In this document: piece by piece, positions 1-9,528 of the stretch
Layout: the number at the start of each line of letters is the position of its first letter
How positions within the stretch are numbered: position 1 is the stretch's first letter
From: Bacteroidales bacterium
GTDB taxonomy: Bacteria > Bacteroidota > Bacteroidia > Bacteroidales > UBA7960
Direction of reading: 5' to 3'
Length of the DNA stretch: 50,558 nucleotides
Assembly: GCA_003556325.1 (NCBI GenBank)
Contig: PWRF01000223.1
Location: 1 to 50,558 of the forward strand
Made by a program: the position numbers and the translations under genes
The notes under the pieces: model-generated
What the model was told of the DNA's origin: nothing
What the model saw: the letters and a program-made list of their open reading frames with translations, nothing else
Databases searched by the model: none

Positions 1-1187
1 GTGCAGATACTTTGCACCCGCCAGCGATAGGTTGTATCCGGGATCAGATCCGTTGCGACAAAAAACGTATTGGTGGTGGCAGCTTCTGTCCATGTTTCAA
101 ACGGATAAATGCTGTATTCTGCCAGATAACTCTGAAACCCGTCCGAATCCCGGCCCTCCCAGGCAAATCTTGCTGTGGTGGCCGCAATATCTGTTGTTTC
201 AAGATTATACGGCTGGCCGCATTCATTAAGATCAACCGTTGAAAACTCCTTCAGGGGTGAATAAGAAGAATTGCCTGAACAAATGGCTCTTACCTGCCAC
301 TCATAATCGCCTTCGGGAATACCAGACAAGGTGTAATGATCCTGGCTGGTGGTAACTGCTGTCCACGCAGTATCATACCTGCTTTCTTCGTCTGTTGTGT
401 TTTGCAGGTATATTTTCAGTGATGCGCTTACTTCTGATTCTGATGGCACTCCAATGGTATAACCGATGGACTGTATTTCTGTTCCTTCGGTAAGGTCGGA
501 GCCTGCCATCTCCTCAGGGGAGACCAGGTAAAAACTACGCTGGTAAGCCACCCCTCCCTGGGGTGCCATCAGCTGAGAGGTTGATCCGTCATAATTCAGC
601 ACTGTGGAGCTGTTTCCTGTGACTGTTACAGAGAAACTGCAGGTGCTCGTATTGCCTGCTGCATCAGTGGCCTGATAAGTGTTCACCGTGGTTCCTGCAG
701 GAAATATGTCGCCGGGCTCAAGCCCGGAAAGCTGGATAATCGACACTAACTCGCAATTATCAACAGCATAAGGAGGTTCAAAATCAACAACCTGGCAATC
801 ACCCAGGCTGCTCGATTGAATGATATTTTCCGGGCAGAATATTTCAGGCGGCTCTGCATCCGTTACCGTCACGATAAACGTGCAGGAATGCATTCCATCA
901 TTCGATTTTAATGTGATGACAGTCACTCCAACCGGAAAATCTGAACCTGAAGCGGGGCCGGATTCAACATAGGTCTCATCAGGAAGAGTGTATTCGACCA
1001 CTGCATAGCATCTCCCCGGGTCATTAACGGTTACTATGTCACCGGGACAGTTAATCCCTGGTGGGTCATTGAGTACATGTGCATGCAAAAAATTACCATT
1101 TAGCGGGATTCCTTGCATGAACAATAAAAATACTGCTACGGGCAGCACCATTTTGCCGCAACCATATATTTGTTTAAAAACTTTCAT
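1..1187 (-). pseudogene. Secreted HYR-domain / FN3-like surface protein. It is cut by the window edge and interrupted by two compensating frameshifts.
   Basis: Hand translation of the minus strand from ATG 1187-1185 gives MKVFKQIYGCGKMVLPVAVFLLF (signal peptide). Two HYR-like modules follow (INCPGDIVTVNDPGRCYAVVEYTLP; IFCPENIIQSSSLGDCQVVDFEPPYAVDNC...ATDAAGNTSTCSFSVTV). That frame stops at TAA 293-291. The sensible continuation (AVTTSQDHYTLSGIPEGDYEWQVRAICSG) lies in another frame from about 362 to 241. The reading then returns to the first frame (TVDLNECGQPYNLETTDIAATTARFAWEG...TTYRWRVQSIC) and runs off the left edge. The 298-codon ORF 291..1187 is absent from the supplied ORF track. Confidence 0.7.
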
Positions 1188-1208
1188 GGCCTGGTGGGAT
1201 TAAGGTGC

Positions 1209-3839
1209 TTAGTCTAATTTTAATTTCATTTCGCTGTTGGAAAACCTGTAGGCGTACTTCCTCTGGGTGTATATGGATTTCTCCAGGTTTGTTTCAATAT
1301 AGCTAAGGACTTCTTCCCTGTATTGAGGATCTGAGTCAATACGGCTCCAGAAGGGATGCTCTTCGATGTGCATGATAACCATATCTTCAAGCTCCTGTGA
1401 AAGTTCTAATCCGCCAAAAACAATATCACTCAACCCACCCTTCGTATCAAATGCCTCCAAATAAATTTCCCTGGCCATATCCAAAGAGGCTTCTACCTGT
1501 TCTCTTGGTATCTCGAAGTAAATAATATCATCAGGAGAGGTGTACGCGATATTCGTTTCGGCAGATCTGGAATAGTTTTGGGTCAGATTGTTTACCGCAT
1601 ACCTTTCAGATTCCTGGTTGGCAGAGGGTTTAAACCCGGTTGCCTCTGCGAACCCGGGAACCAGGCCGGCCAAAACAGCATTTGACCTTTCATTCTGATC
1701 TTTCAGCGCCTCAAATTCGTTCCTCAAAGCACTGTATCTTTCTTCCTGCTGGATGATTACACGGGTTAAGTCGTTTGAATTAATGCCAACGGCAACATTG
1801 ACTAAGCTAATACCCGGAATAATCTCTTGCGTATCTGACCAGGCAACACCAACAATGTTTTTGTAGTCCTTTAGTTCCATTTTGTCAGGATGTACAGCCT
1901 TTCCGAAGCCGCTGCCCAATTCGCTTGGCAGGATATAGTCTCCCGGCTGGACATTTCCCAGCACCTGGACAGGCACCTGGCCCATAAAAGCGATTTTCAC
2001 AAATCTGTCTTCCTGGCCCTCCGGGGGCATGTTACCCAAAACAATGGGGTTTGTTGATACTGCCATGATCTTATCCGCAGAGGCAAGGTTTCTGGTTACA
2101 AATCCATTTCTGAGGCCAACAATTTCTCCGGGAGCAAAGCGTGCACCCGGATCTTCCTTGGGAAGCCATTCTGCATAGTCAGCTGCGCCTGATGAGTAGG
2201 TAACACCAATATTGGCGTTTTTAAAAGCCGTAAAAGCTGCTGCATCAGCAACTTTTTGCGCCAGGCTTAATCCTTTTTGGACACCGTTCGCAATTTTCAA
2301 GGCCAAATTGGTGCCGGATTCCACGATCAGGGAAGGAATCGGGGCAGTTACGCAGGCACCCAAACCTACACAGGCTGTGCTGGATGTACCCGCTGCACTT
2401 AGTTTTACAACCCCCTGGGCTGTTTCAAACCCGCTGATAGCCAGCTCAGCAACGTACAGTCCTATTTCAAGGTTTTTAAAGCCAAATTCAAACAGATATT
2501 CAGGATCAGTCCATAAGTCACTATGGTTCTGGCCTTCAATCCTTCCCCACATCTTATTGGTTTCTGTGTCCCAAAACGACACATAATTGTTTTCAGAGCT
2601 TCTTGCGCCATTAACTTTTATGGCTATTCCCTGTTTGCTGCCTTCAACCAAAAGAGGATAATCCGCATAGTTCGATTGATTGCCTGTACCCGGGTTGGCA
2701 TGAACCTTAACCTGGCCGTTTACGTTGAGCTTGTTTTCAACCGTTGTCTCACCTCCCACATTCAATCTTTTCTTAATGCCAACCCCACCTGCAACGGTAA
2801 GTGCTCCCGAGTCCACGTCATCTGATTCAGTCTCGTCAGTGATTGCCATAGGTCCATCAAAGAAGGCGCTGCCGCCAACATACAGGTTTTCACCAATTCC
2901 GGTGCCTCCGGCTACCACCAATGCCCCGGTTTCAGGACTGACAGAACCCAGATTTGCATTGTCCAGTGTTACGTTTTCATTAAACAGGGCGTCCTGGTTT
3001 ACAAGCAATGATCCGGTCAAGACTGAAGGGCTGTTATTATTGACATTGAACGAGCTGTTCAGGTTTGTAACGCCGTCAACATTCAAAGAACTGTTCAGAT
3101 CTGTGGCCAGGTCAACGGTAAGTTCACCGGAAAGTAGCGTAGGGCTTAGGTCCGCAACCGTAAAAGGCCCGTAATTTGTAGTTTCGCCGCCGACGGTGTT
3201 CAGGAAAACGTAATTTTCGACAGTCAGGTTTTCTCCAATATTCAGGCTCCTGGCTATCTCCACATCTCCATCGCTCCTGATTCTCAGCCTGTCCATATTG
3301 TTTGTTACGATCATCAGGTCTGCATTGTCGGTAGTTCCCAGCTTGTCTTCCGGCGGGCTTGAGTTGGAGTTGCCAAACAAAGACCAGGTCTGTGATGGGA
3401 TTCCCCTGTCAGTGCCGTCAGGTGGCATCAGCATCGAAGCAGTTCCCGAGTGCAGGGCATAAGGCACGGATAACAACTGGGCTGCTCCAATAGGCCTGTA
3501 ATTGTGCCCCCCAAATTCATCCATTTCAATCTTAATAAAATAGCTTGCCTTTGCCCAGTTGATGTCTGAAAAGCTGCCGGACAGGCGCAGCCCGCGTCCG
3601 ACTTCGATGTTGACCAACCCCAGTGAGTTTGTCAGGATAGGGTGTGTTTCTGAATAAACGATGTTCTCTGAATCTGCTCCCTTCAGAATACTGACCCTTA
3701 GGTTAATATCCTGGTCAGCGATAATGTGCCCGCTATGATCCCTGATCACAGCCTGGTACTTAAATGCTTGTGGTATTTGCGAAACAAGCATAGCAGAGCA
3801 AATTACCATTGCCATTATGGCAAGTAACAGCTTTTTCAT
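1209..3839 (-). CDS. Secreted fibre / tail-fibre-like protein with a repeat-rich (beta-helix-like) middle and a Peptidase_G2-like autoprocessing (IMC) module
   Basis: 876-aa ORF with an ATG start and a signal peptide (MKKLLLAIMAMVICSAMLVS). The N-terminal module IPQAFKYQAVIRDHSGHIIADQDINLRVSILKG...VYSETH is typical of Bacteroidota tail-fibre-domain proteins. The middle is N/G/T/V-rich repeats. The motif SSGAADYAEWLPKEDPGARFAPGEIVGL...STNPIVLGN...PGDYILPS resembles the GADYAE(Y/M)FEW core of the phage phi29 gp12-type Peptidase_G2 domain (from memory). It sits 21 bp upstream of the HYR gene on the same strand. Confidence 0.75.
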   Translation of the reverse strand: MKKLLLAIMAMVICSAMLVSQIPQAFKYQAVIRDHSGHIIADQDINLRVSILKGADSENIVYSETHPILTNSLGLVNIEVGRGLRLSGSFSDINWAKASYFIKIEMDEFGGHNYRPIGAAQLLSVPYALHSGTASMLMPPDGTDRGIPSQTWSLFGNSNSSPPEDKLGTTDNADLMIVTNNMDRLRIRSDGDVEIARSLNIGENLTVENYVFLNTVGGETTNYGPFTVADLSPTLLSGELTVDLATDLNSSLNVDGVTNLNSSFNVNNNSPSVLTGSLLVNQDALFNENVTLDNANLGSVSPETGALVVAGGTGIGENLYVGGSAFFDGPMAITDETESDDVDSGALTVAGGVGIKKRLNVGGETTVENKLNVNGQVKVHANPGTGNQSNYADYPLLVEGSKQGIAIKVNGARSSENNYVSFWDTETNKMWGRIEGQNHSDLWTDPEYLFEFGFKNLEIGLYVAELAISGFETAQGVVKLSAAGTSSTACVGLGACVTAPIPSLIVESGTNLALKIANGVQKGLSLAQKVADAAAFTAFKNANIGVTYSSGAADYAEWLPKEDPGARFAPGEIVGLRNGFVTRNLASADKIMAVSTNPIVLGNMPPEGQEDRFVKIAFMGQVPVQVLGNVQPGDYILPSELGSGFGKAVHPDKMELKDYKNIVGVAWSDTQEIIPGISLVNVAVGINSNDLTRVIIQQEERYSALRNEFEALKDQNERSNAVLAGLVPGFAEATGFKPSANQESERYAVNNLTQNYSRSAETNIAYTSPDDIIYFEIPREQVEASLDMAREIYLEAFDTKGGLSDIVFGGLELSQELEDMVIMHIEEHPFWSRIDSDPQYREEVLSYIETNLEKSIYTQRKYAYRFSNSEMKLKLD

Positions 3840-4454
3840 GGTAAACCTCCTTTTTTGGTTATGTGTTGGTTTTTATTTATTCGTATAACCTTATTCATTA
3901 GTATAACCACATTCCATTTTTGCTCCATTTTTGCAATGGCTGGTTTATTCCTATTCTATTGATATATATTATCGACGTTTAACTTATAATGTCTTACAGG
4001 GGAACTGTAATGAAAGGAAAGGCATGGTGCTTACGCAGGCTGTCGATTTTACTTTATGATAAATGAGCATTTACTATCAGCGCTGTGCATATTTATCGAA
4101 CCATCAGTATATCACGCAGGAAAACCAATGTCTTTGTTTTAGTGAAAATTCAATAAAAATCAGCGATATATCTTGTTTGTTATCAGTGGCATATTGGTAT
4201 ATAAATATACATAACAAAAAAATCTTTTACAATAGCTTGGTGCATTTTTAACATATGTAATAATATTACTTATCGGATTCGTCCCAATAATATTTTATTT
4301 TTAGACAAACTGTCGTTTTTGTTGGCCGCAAATACCTTGTAATTTTAGGGGTTTTATCATCCTTGCGGGGGGTGTCTCTGCCCCTGGAAACAGAAACACT
4401 CAAGGGTTTTAAGGAATTGTGAGAGATAACACTGGTGGTAAACCTTCCGTTCCG

Positions 4455-6935
4455 CTACTCCTCTTGCCGGCAGAAGTTGTTGAAATTCGCCTCCCCGCTT
4501 TCTATGCCTGCCTCCATGGCTGCGCGGAAATCCTCACAAGCGGCTTGATGCTCGCCCAGGTTTCGCAGACAGACCCCCCGCAGGTTGACCAGCGAAAAGT
4601 TTTCCTCTCCTTTTTCAAGTGCCTGGTTGATGTCCGCTATGGCCTCCTCGTAGTTGTTCAGATAGTAGTGTGAAAAAGCGCGCATGCGGTATACACCTTG
4701 GTCAAAAGGGGCCTTTTCGATATATTCAGTAAGGTATGGAAGCGCTTCCGCATACTGGTTGTCCCTGTAATAGTCGACCGCTTGGCGGTAAACCTCCTGG
4801 AATGGCGCCACAAACTTCTGGTGATGCAGGATGTTATAAAGGTTTTCAATCTCCTCGTTATATGGCATCACCTGGTAAGCAGTGTCGATGTGGTTCCATG
4901 CGTGCTCTAACTCACCCTGGCGATTGAAAAAAGTAGCGGCATACAGATAAGCCTCATGGTTTTCTTTTTCGTTCGCAAGATAGCGGTCCAGGATGGGCCC
5001 TACCTCATTTTCACGGTTTTTTTCCTTCAGCAGGGTGGTCATCAGATGCACATTCTGGAAGTAGTGCGGTTTTATTTCATAGGCCTTCTGACTGTAAACC
5101 AGGGCACTGTCTTTCTTACCCAGGTTTTTGAAGGCCCTCGCCATGAAAAACTCCCGCCGGCCGTCCCAGGGGTTTATGCGGGCATCGGGACGCAACAGCT
5201 CAATGACTTCCCTGTATCGGTTTTCCTGCAACAGGTACCTGGCCGTAAGTGCGTTGATCGACTCGCCCCAGATGCTCACATTGGGGATGAACGGGAATCC
5301 TTCCAAAAACTTATCGGCACCCCGGTTCAGATCCCTTCTCATGATGTCCTGGAATACAATACGTTGCATCTTTGATGATTCATAATTTACTGTCAGAATA
5401 TAGGCCGATCCCAGCATCAGAACCACAAATATTACAGACAGTATCTTTGCAAATATGGGCCGCCGGCTTTGCTTCTGCTCCTCTGATTCCAGGTCGCCCG
5501 CTGACGCCGTTACCTGCTCCCCCCCTTCCGGGCGATCCATTTTCAGCGTGGCCACAATCCCGGCTGCCATATACAGGGCAAAAACCATCTGGATCTCCGG
5601 CCGGTCCATCGGGAAGTTAAAGAAGGCATCAAAGCCATAGAACATCAACCCAAAGCCGGCCAGGAAGAGGTGGCGGTATCGCAGCGTGTTTCTGTCCTTA
5701 TAGAGATATGCCCTGATCAGGTTCCAGAAGATGAACACGAACATCAGAATGTAGAGCAACCCCCCGGCTATGCCTGTCTCCACGGTGTTCTCAATAAAGT
5801 CGTTATGCGCCTTGTACAGATAGATATAGCCAGTATTCACCTGGTTCTCATGCTCGAGGATGTTTATCTTCCAGTTGCCCGTGCCCACTCCCAGCCAGGG
5901 ATTCTCCCTGATGAGGCGGAAAGACCAGAACCAGGCGTTGATACGGTTGCTGTCCCGGGCATCATCCTGTATGGTGGCAAGCTGGGCTCCGATAGCTTGT
6001 GTGTGGCGCGCATGGGTATGGGGGTAGATGTTCGACCTTACAGCGGAAAACAACACGAGAGCCAGCACCAGCGCCCCGACATACCCCCCGAGCAGCCTGA
6101 TGTGTTTCATCTCCTTCTCTCGCAAATAGTTATATCCGCAATAAACCAAAAACACCAGGGTGACGACAATCGTCCCCACGTAAAAACCCCTTGTGGCCAT
6201 AAAGAAGGTGGCCAGCAGCCCCGTAAAGATGCCCAGCCAGCCAAGGATCTTCAGCCTGCCCCGGTCAAACATCCACAAGTACATGGCAAAAGGGATCTTA
6301 ACGAAGATGGCTGATGCCAGGATGTTTTTGTTGGAATAAACGAATTTGATATCGGTAATGCTTCTGACCTCTCCCTGGATGTATTGTCCGATGTTAACAA
6401 AAACAGCCACACTGTCTATCAGCAAAATCAGGGCTCCCAGCACAACGACCATCTTCACGTACCGCATGTCCCGCATCAGGATCACCGCGATGATGAAGGT
6501 GGCCACGAACACCGAAAACAGCTTGGTGAAGTGCAGCACCGACTCCAGGATGTTGGTGGCCTGGGTGAACGACAGGAGAACCGCCACCATAAAAAACCCG
6601 AAGGCCAGTCCGGCCCTGGTGTCGAAAAAGCGCATCAGCACCCCGGGCTGGCCCTTGATATCCGGACGCGTCCACAGGTAGCCGAAGGCAAGCAGGTTCA
6701 GAAACGAGAGGGTCATGAACTTGGTGGCGTTGGTGTCCAGCGCCATCCAGTTGGGGGTAAAGGTCACCACGAGAAAATAAGCCAGGATGATGAACCCGTA
6801 AGGTATCATCGATGGCTCTACCAGGGGCTTGCGTTGTTCCTTCCTGTATTTATGCCGTCGGTTCTTTCTTCCCTGCCGCTCCGGCCTTTGATGTAAATCC
6901 TTGCGCACCGGAGGCTTTCCTTTCTTTTTGGTCAT
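4455..6935 (-). CDS. O-antigen ligase (Wzy_C) family polytopic membrane protein fused to C-terminal TPR repeats
   Basis: 826-aa ORF with an ATG start and many TM helices. It carries the Wzy_C-type motif YKAHNDFIENTVETGIAGGLLYILM and a TPR-like C-terminal half. The very basic N-terminal 42 aa may not be translated; an alternative ATG lies at 6809. Confidence 0.8.
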   Translation of the reverse strand: MTKKKGKPPVRKDLHQRPERQGRKNRRHKYRKEQRKPLVEPSMIPYGFIILAYFLVVTFTPNWMALDTNATKFMTLSFLNLLAFGYLWTRPDIKGQPGVLMRFFDTRAGLAFGFFMVAVLLSFTQATNILESVLHFTKLFSVFVATFIIAVILMRDMRYVKMVVVLGALILLIDSVAVFVNIGQYIQGEVRSITDIKFVYSNKNILASAIFVKIPFAMYLWMFDRGRLKILGWLGIFTGLLATFFMATRGFYVGTIVVTLVFLVYCGYNYLREKEMKHIRLLGGYVGALVLALVLFSAVRSNIYPHTHARHTQAIGAQLATIQDDARDSNRINAWFWSFRLIRENPWLGVGTGNWKINILEHENQVNTGYIYLYKAHNDFIENTVETGIAGGLLYILMFVFIFWNLIRAYLYKDRNTLRYRHLFLAGFGLMFYGFDAFFNFPMDRPEIQMVFALYMAAGIVATLKMDRPEGGEQVTASAGDLESEEQKQSRRPIFAKILSVIFVVLMLGSAYILTVNYESSKMQRIVFQDIMRRDLNRGADKFLEGFPFIPNVSIWGESINALTARYLLQENRYREVIELLRPDARINPWDGRREFFMARAFKNLGKKDSALVYSQKAYEIKPHYFQNVHLMTTLLKEKNRENEVGPILDRYLANEKENHEAYLYAATFFNRQGELEHAWNHIDTAYQVMPYNEEIENLYNILHHQKFVAPFQEVYRQAVDYYRDNQYAEALPYLTEYIEKAPFDQGVYRMRAFSHYYLNNYEEAIADINQALEKGEENFSLVNLRGVCLRNLGEHQAACEDFRAAMEAGIESGEANFNNFCRQEE

Positions 6936-7220
6936 TGGTATATGCTATTCGTTATTTTTTTTGTTCTCATAATCACCCAGGCAACCACAAACCCACAATC
7001 CCGTATCGCTTCGCTACCAGGACTTCACTGCCGCTCAGCATCAACCCTCTTCCGGCAATCTCTCTACTTTGTGTCTAACAATCGTGATTTCTACTTACAA
7101 AAAGTGTAAACCTATTTCAGGACGAGACACACTTCTTTTTCCTGCCTGCTTCTTACTACCATCATATCTCCCAAAACCCTCCCCCGGTTATCACCCTACC
7201 CACAACCTTCACCAACCTCC

Positions 7221-7300
7221 GACCTTTCGACTTTTCGACCTTTCGACTTTTCGACTTTTTGTCCTTTTGTCTTTTTGTCCTTCCTCCCTTCCCTCCTTCC
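7221..7300 (+). repeat. Tandem octamer array, 10 units (GACCTTTC/GACTTTTC x5 decaying to GTCYTTTY and YCCCTTCC)
   Basis: Read directly: gacctttc gacttttc gacctttc gacttttc gacttttt gtcctttt gtcttttt gtccttcc tcccttcc ctccttcc. It lies in the divergent intergenic region between the O-antigen-ligase and CapD-like genes. Confidence 0.85.
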
Positions 7301-7395
7301 AAAGTTAAAACATTTTGTAACTTTGGTTATTGCGCTTTTGTTATTTTTAGGCGTTTTTGCAACCCATAAACCTTTCTGATACGCCATACGCATCG

Positions 7396-9345
7396 ATGCC
7401 AGCTACCCTTTCACGCATACCGAAGTTCCTGCAAAAGCCGTTGTACCGGCTTTACCGGAGTTACGCCAACCGCTTTGTGCCGCGGTGGCTGGTGCTGATC
7501 TTCGACGTGCTGGTCATCCTTGTCACCTTTTACATCGCTTTTGCCGTGCGGCTTAATTTTGAGATGGAGCGCCTCGACGTTTGGGCAGAAACACCACAGG
7601 CCCTGGTCGTCACCGGCATCTACGCCCTGGCCTTTTTGTGGTTCCGCTCCTACTCCGGAATCATACGGCACACCGGGCTTAATGACGCCTACCGGGTCTT
7701 CCAGGCCACCGCCACGGCCTTTCTTGTCACCCTGCTCATAGGTGCGGGCACCCGCCTCATTGGCTACGGGTTGCCCGGCACCACGTCCTATGCGGTGTAC
7801 CTCATACACTTCCTGATGGGCTATTTCGTGCTTATCGGCGCACGCATCGTGGTCAAAACCGTGTTCTCCGAGGTGGTGCGCTCCGGGCGCGAAAAGGGTT
7901 ACCGTGTGATCATATTCGGTGCGGGCGCCTCCGGCGTGCTGGTGCGCAAAGCCCTCGACAACGACCCCGGCACCATTTACGAAATTGTTGCTTTCGCCGA
8001 CGACAACCCCAAAAAGGCCAGCAAGATGCTCGAAGGGGTGCCGGTGATGCTCACCGGGGAGGCCCTGCGCAGAAGTTTTGTCGACCGCCACGGGGCCGGC
8101 CTGCTGATCATCTCTATCCAGAACCTGCACCCGCGCCGCCGGGCCGTGGTGATCGAACAGGCGCTGGCCCTCGGCATGGAGGTAAAGGTGGTACCGCCCC
8201 TCGACCGCTGGGTGCACGGCCAGCTCAGCTCCACCCAGCTGCAGAAGGTACGCATCGAAGACCTGATGGAGCGCGAACGTATCGTGCTCGACAGCGCCAA
8301 CGTGGCCGCCGACATCCGCGACAAGACAGTACTGGTGACGGGCGCTGCCGGGTCCATCGGGGCGGAGATCGCCCGGCAGGCACTGGCCTTCGGCCCGCAA
8401 AAGCTTGTCCTGCTCGACCAGGCCGAATCGGCTCTCCACGACGTGCAGTATGATATCCTGGGCGAACACAGCCTCCGGGAACACAGCCACCGCACCGAAT
8501 ACCTGGTGGCCAACGTCAAGGACGCCTGGAGGATGGAACAGGTCTTTGCGCAATACCAGCCGGACATCATCTACCACGCGGCGGCTTACAAGCACGTGCC
8601 GCTGATGGAAGCCTTCCCCTACGAGGCGCTGCTCACCAACGTTATGGGAACCAAAATCCTGGCCGATCTCGCCGTCAAACACCGCGTGAAAAAGTTTGTG
8701 CTGATCTCGTCAGACAAGGCGGTGAACCCCACCAACGTGATGGGGGCGTCCAAGCGCATCGCGGAGATCTGCACCCAGGGCCTGAGCAACAGCACCACCC
8801 AGTTTATCACCACGCGCTTCGGCAACGTGCTCGACTCCAACGGCTCGGTGATCCCGCTCTTCCGCAAACAGATCGCACGCGGCGGGCCGCTGACCATCAC
8901 CCACCGCGAGATCACCCGCTTCTTCATGATGATCTCCGAAGCCTGTAACCTGGTGCTCGAAGCGGGCGCGATGGGCAAGGGCGGCGAGATCTTCCTCTTC
9001 GACATGGGCGAGCCGGTAAAGATCATCGACCTGGCACACAAGATGATCCGCCTCAGCGGCCTCGAACCCGACAAGGATATCCTCATCCGCGAGACCGGCC
9101 TCAGGCCGGGCGAAAAGCTCTACGAAGAGGTCCTGGCCAGTGAAGAAAACGCCCTCCCAACCTACCACCCCAAGATACTGCACGCCCGGGTGCGCACGAA
9201 CGACAAGGAATGGGTGGCCTCACGGCTCGGCGAGCTGCAGGCACTCATCCACGAAGGCGATGACTTTAAGCTGGTCGCAAAGATGAAGGAGATCGTTCCG
9301 GAGTACCGCAGCGAAAACTCGGTGTACAGCCAGCTGGACAGGTAG
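7396..9345 (+). CDS. Polysaccharide biosynthesis protein, CapD/PglF/WbpM-type membrane-anchored NDP-sugar 4,6-dehydratase/epimerase
   Basis: N-terminal TM helices followed by two Rossmann regions (VIIFGAGASG; VLVTGAAGSIGAEI). The catalytic-region motif YHAAAYKHVPLME and GASKRIAE is typical of CapD-like proteins. The track ORF starts at a TTG (7357), so I prefer the first ATG at 7396. Confidence 0.9.
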   Translation: MPATLSRIPKFLQKPLYRLYRSYANRFVPRWLVLIFDVLVILVTFYIAFAVRLNFEMERLDVWAETPQALVVTGIYALAFLWFRSYSGIIRHTGLNDAYRVFQATATAFLVTLLIGAGTRLIGYGLPGTTSYAVYLIHFLMGYFVLIGARIVVKTVFSEVVRSGREKGYRVIIFGAGASGVLVRKALDNDPGTIYEIVAFADDNPKKASKMLEGVPVMLTGEALRRSFVDRHGAGLLIISIQNLHPRRRAVVIEQALALGMEVKVVPPLDRWVHGQLSSTQLQKVRIEDLMERERIVLDSANVAADIRDKTVLVTGAAGSIGAEIARQALAFGPQKLVLLDQAESALHDVQYDILGEHSLREHSHRTEYLVANVKDAWRMEQVFAQYQPDIIYHAAAYKHVPLMEAFPYEALLTNVMGTKILADLAVKHRVKKFVLISSDKAVNPTNVMGASKRIAEICTQGLSNSTTQFITTRFGNVLDSNGSVIPLFRKQIARGGPLTITHREITRFFMMISEACNLVLEAGAMGKGGEIFLFDMGEPVKIIDLAHKMIRLSGLEPDKDILIRETGLRPGEKLYEEVLASEENALPTYHPKILHARVRTNDKEWVASRLGELQALIHEGDDFKLVAKMKEIVPEYRSENSVYSQLDR

Positions 9346-9528
9346 TGTCGTGTCAACGCTACATTATCCGGCCCAGGTCTTGATCTTTTACCCGGTTTCC
9401 GCAAAGCCCAAGATGACCTGCCGGGACCACAACGAATACAAGGCGCGAAAAACCACTTTTATTCTCATTACATTGCGAATATTTGTTATATTTGTCTCAC
9501 CACGTCTAAAAAACCAACATAAATTGCA

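Noticed and set aside
4063-4251. 62-aa ORF in the AT-rich gap between the fibre gene and the O-antigen ligase gene
   Set aside because: It lies in an AT-rich, stop-dense region, and the translation is I/Y/N/S-rich low complexity. There is no supporting signal, so it is treated as a promoter or non-coding region.
7411-8682. 423-aa ORF on the minus strand inside the CapD-like gene, plus nested ORFs at 7977..8570, 8619..9086 and 8710..9183
   Set aside because: It is antisense to a gene with clear family motifs. The translation is low-complexity (G/A/R/V/H-rich), as expected for stop-poor antisense frames in high-GC3 sequence.
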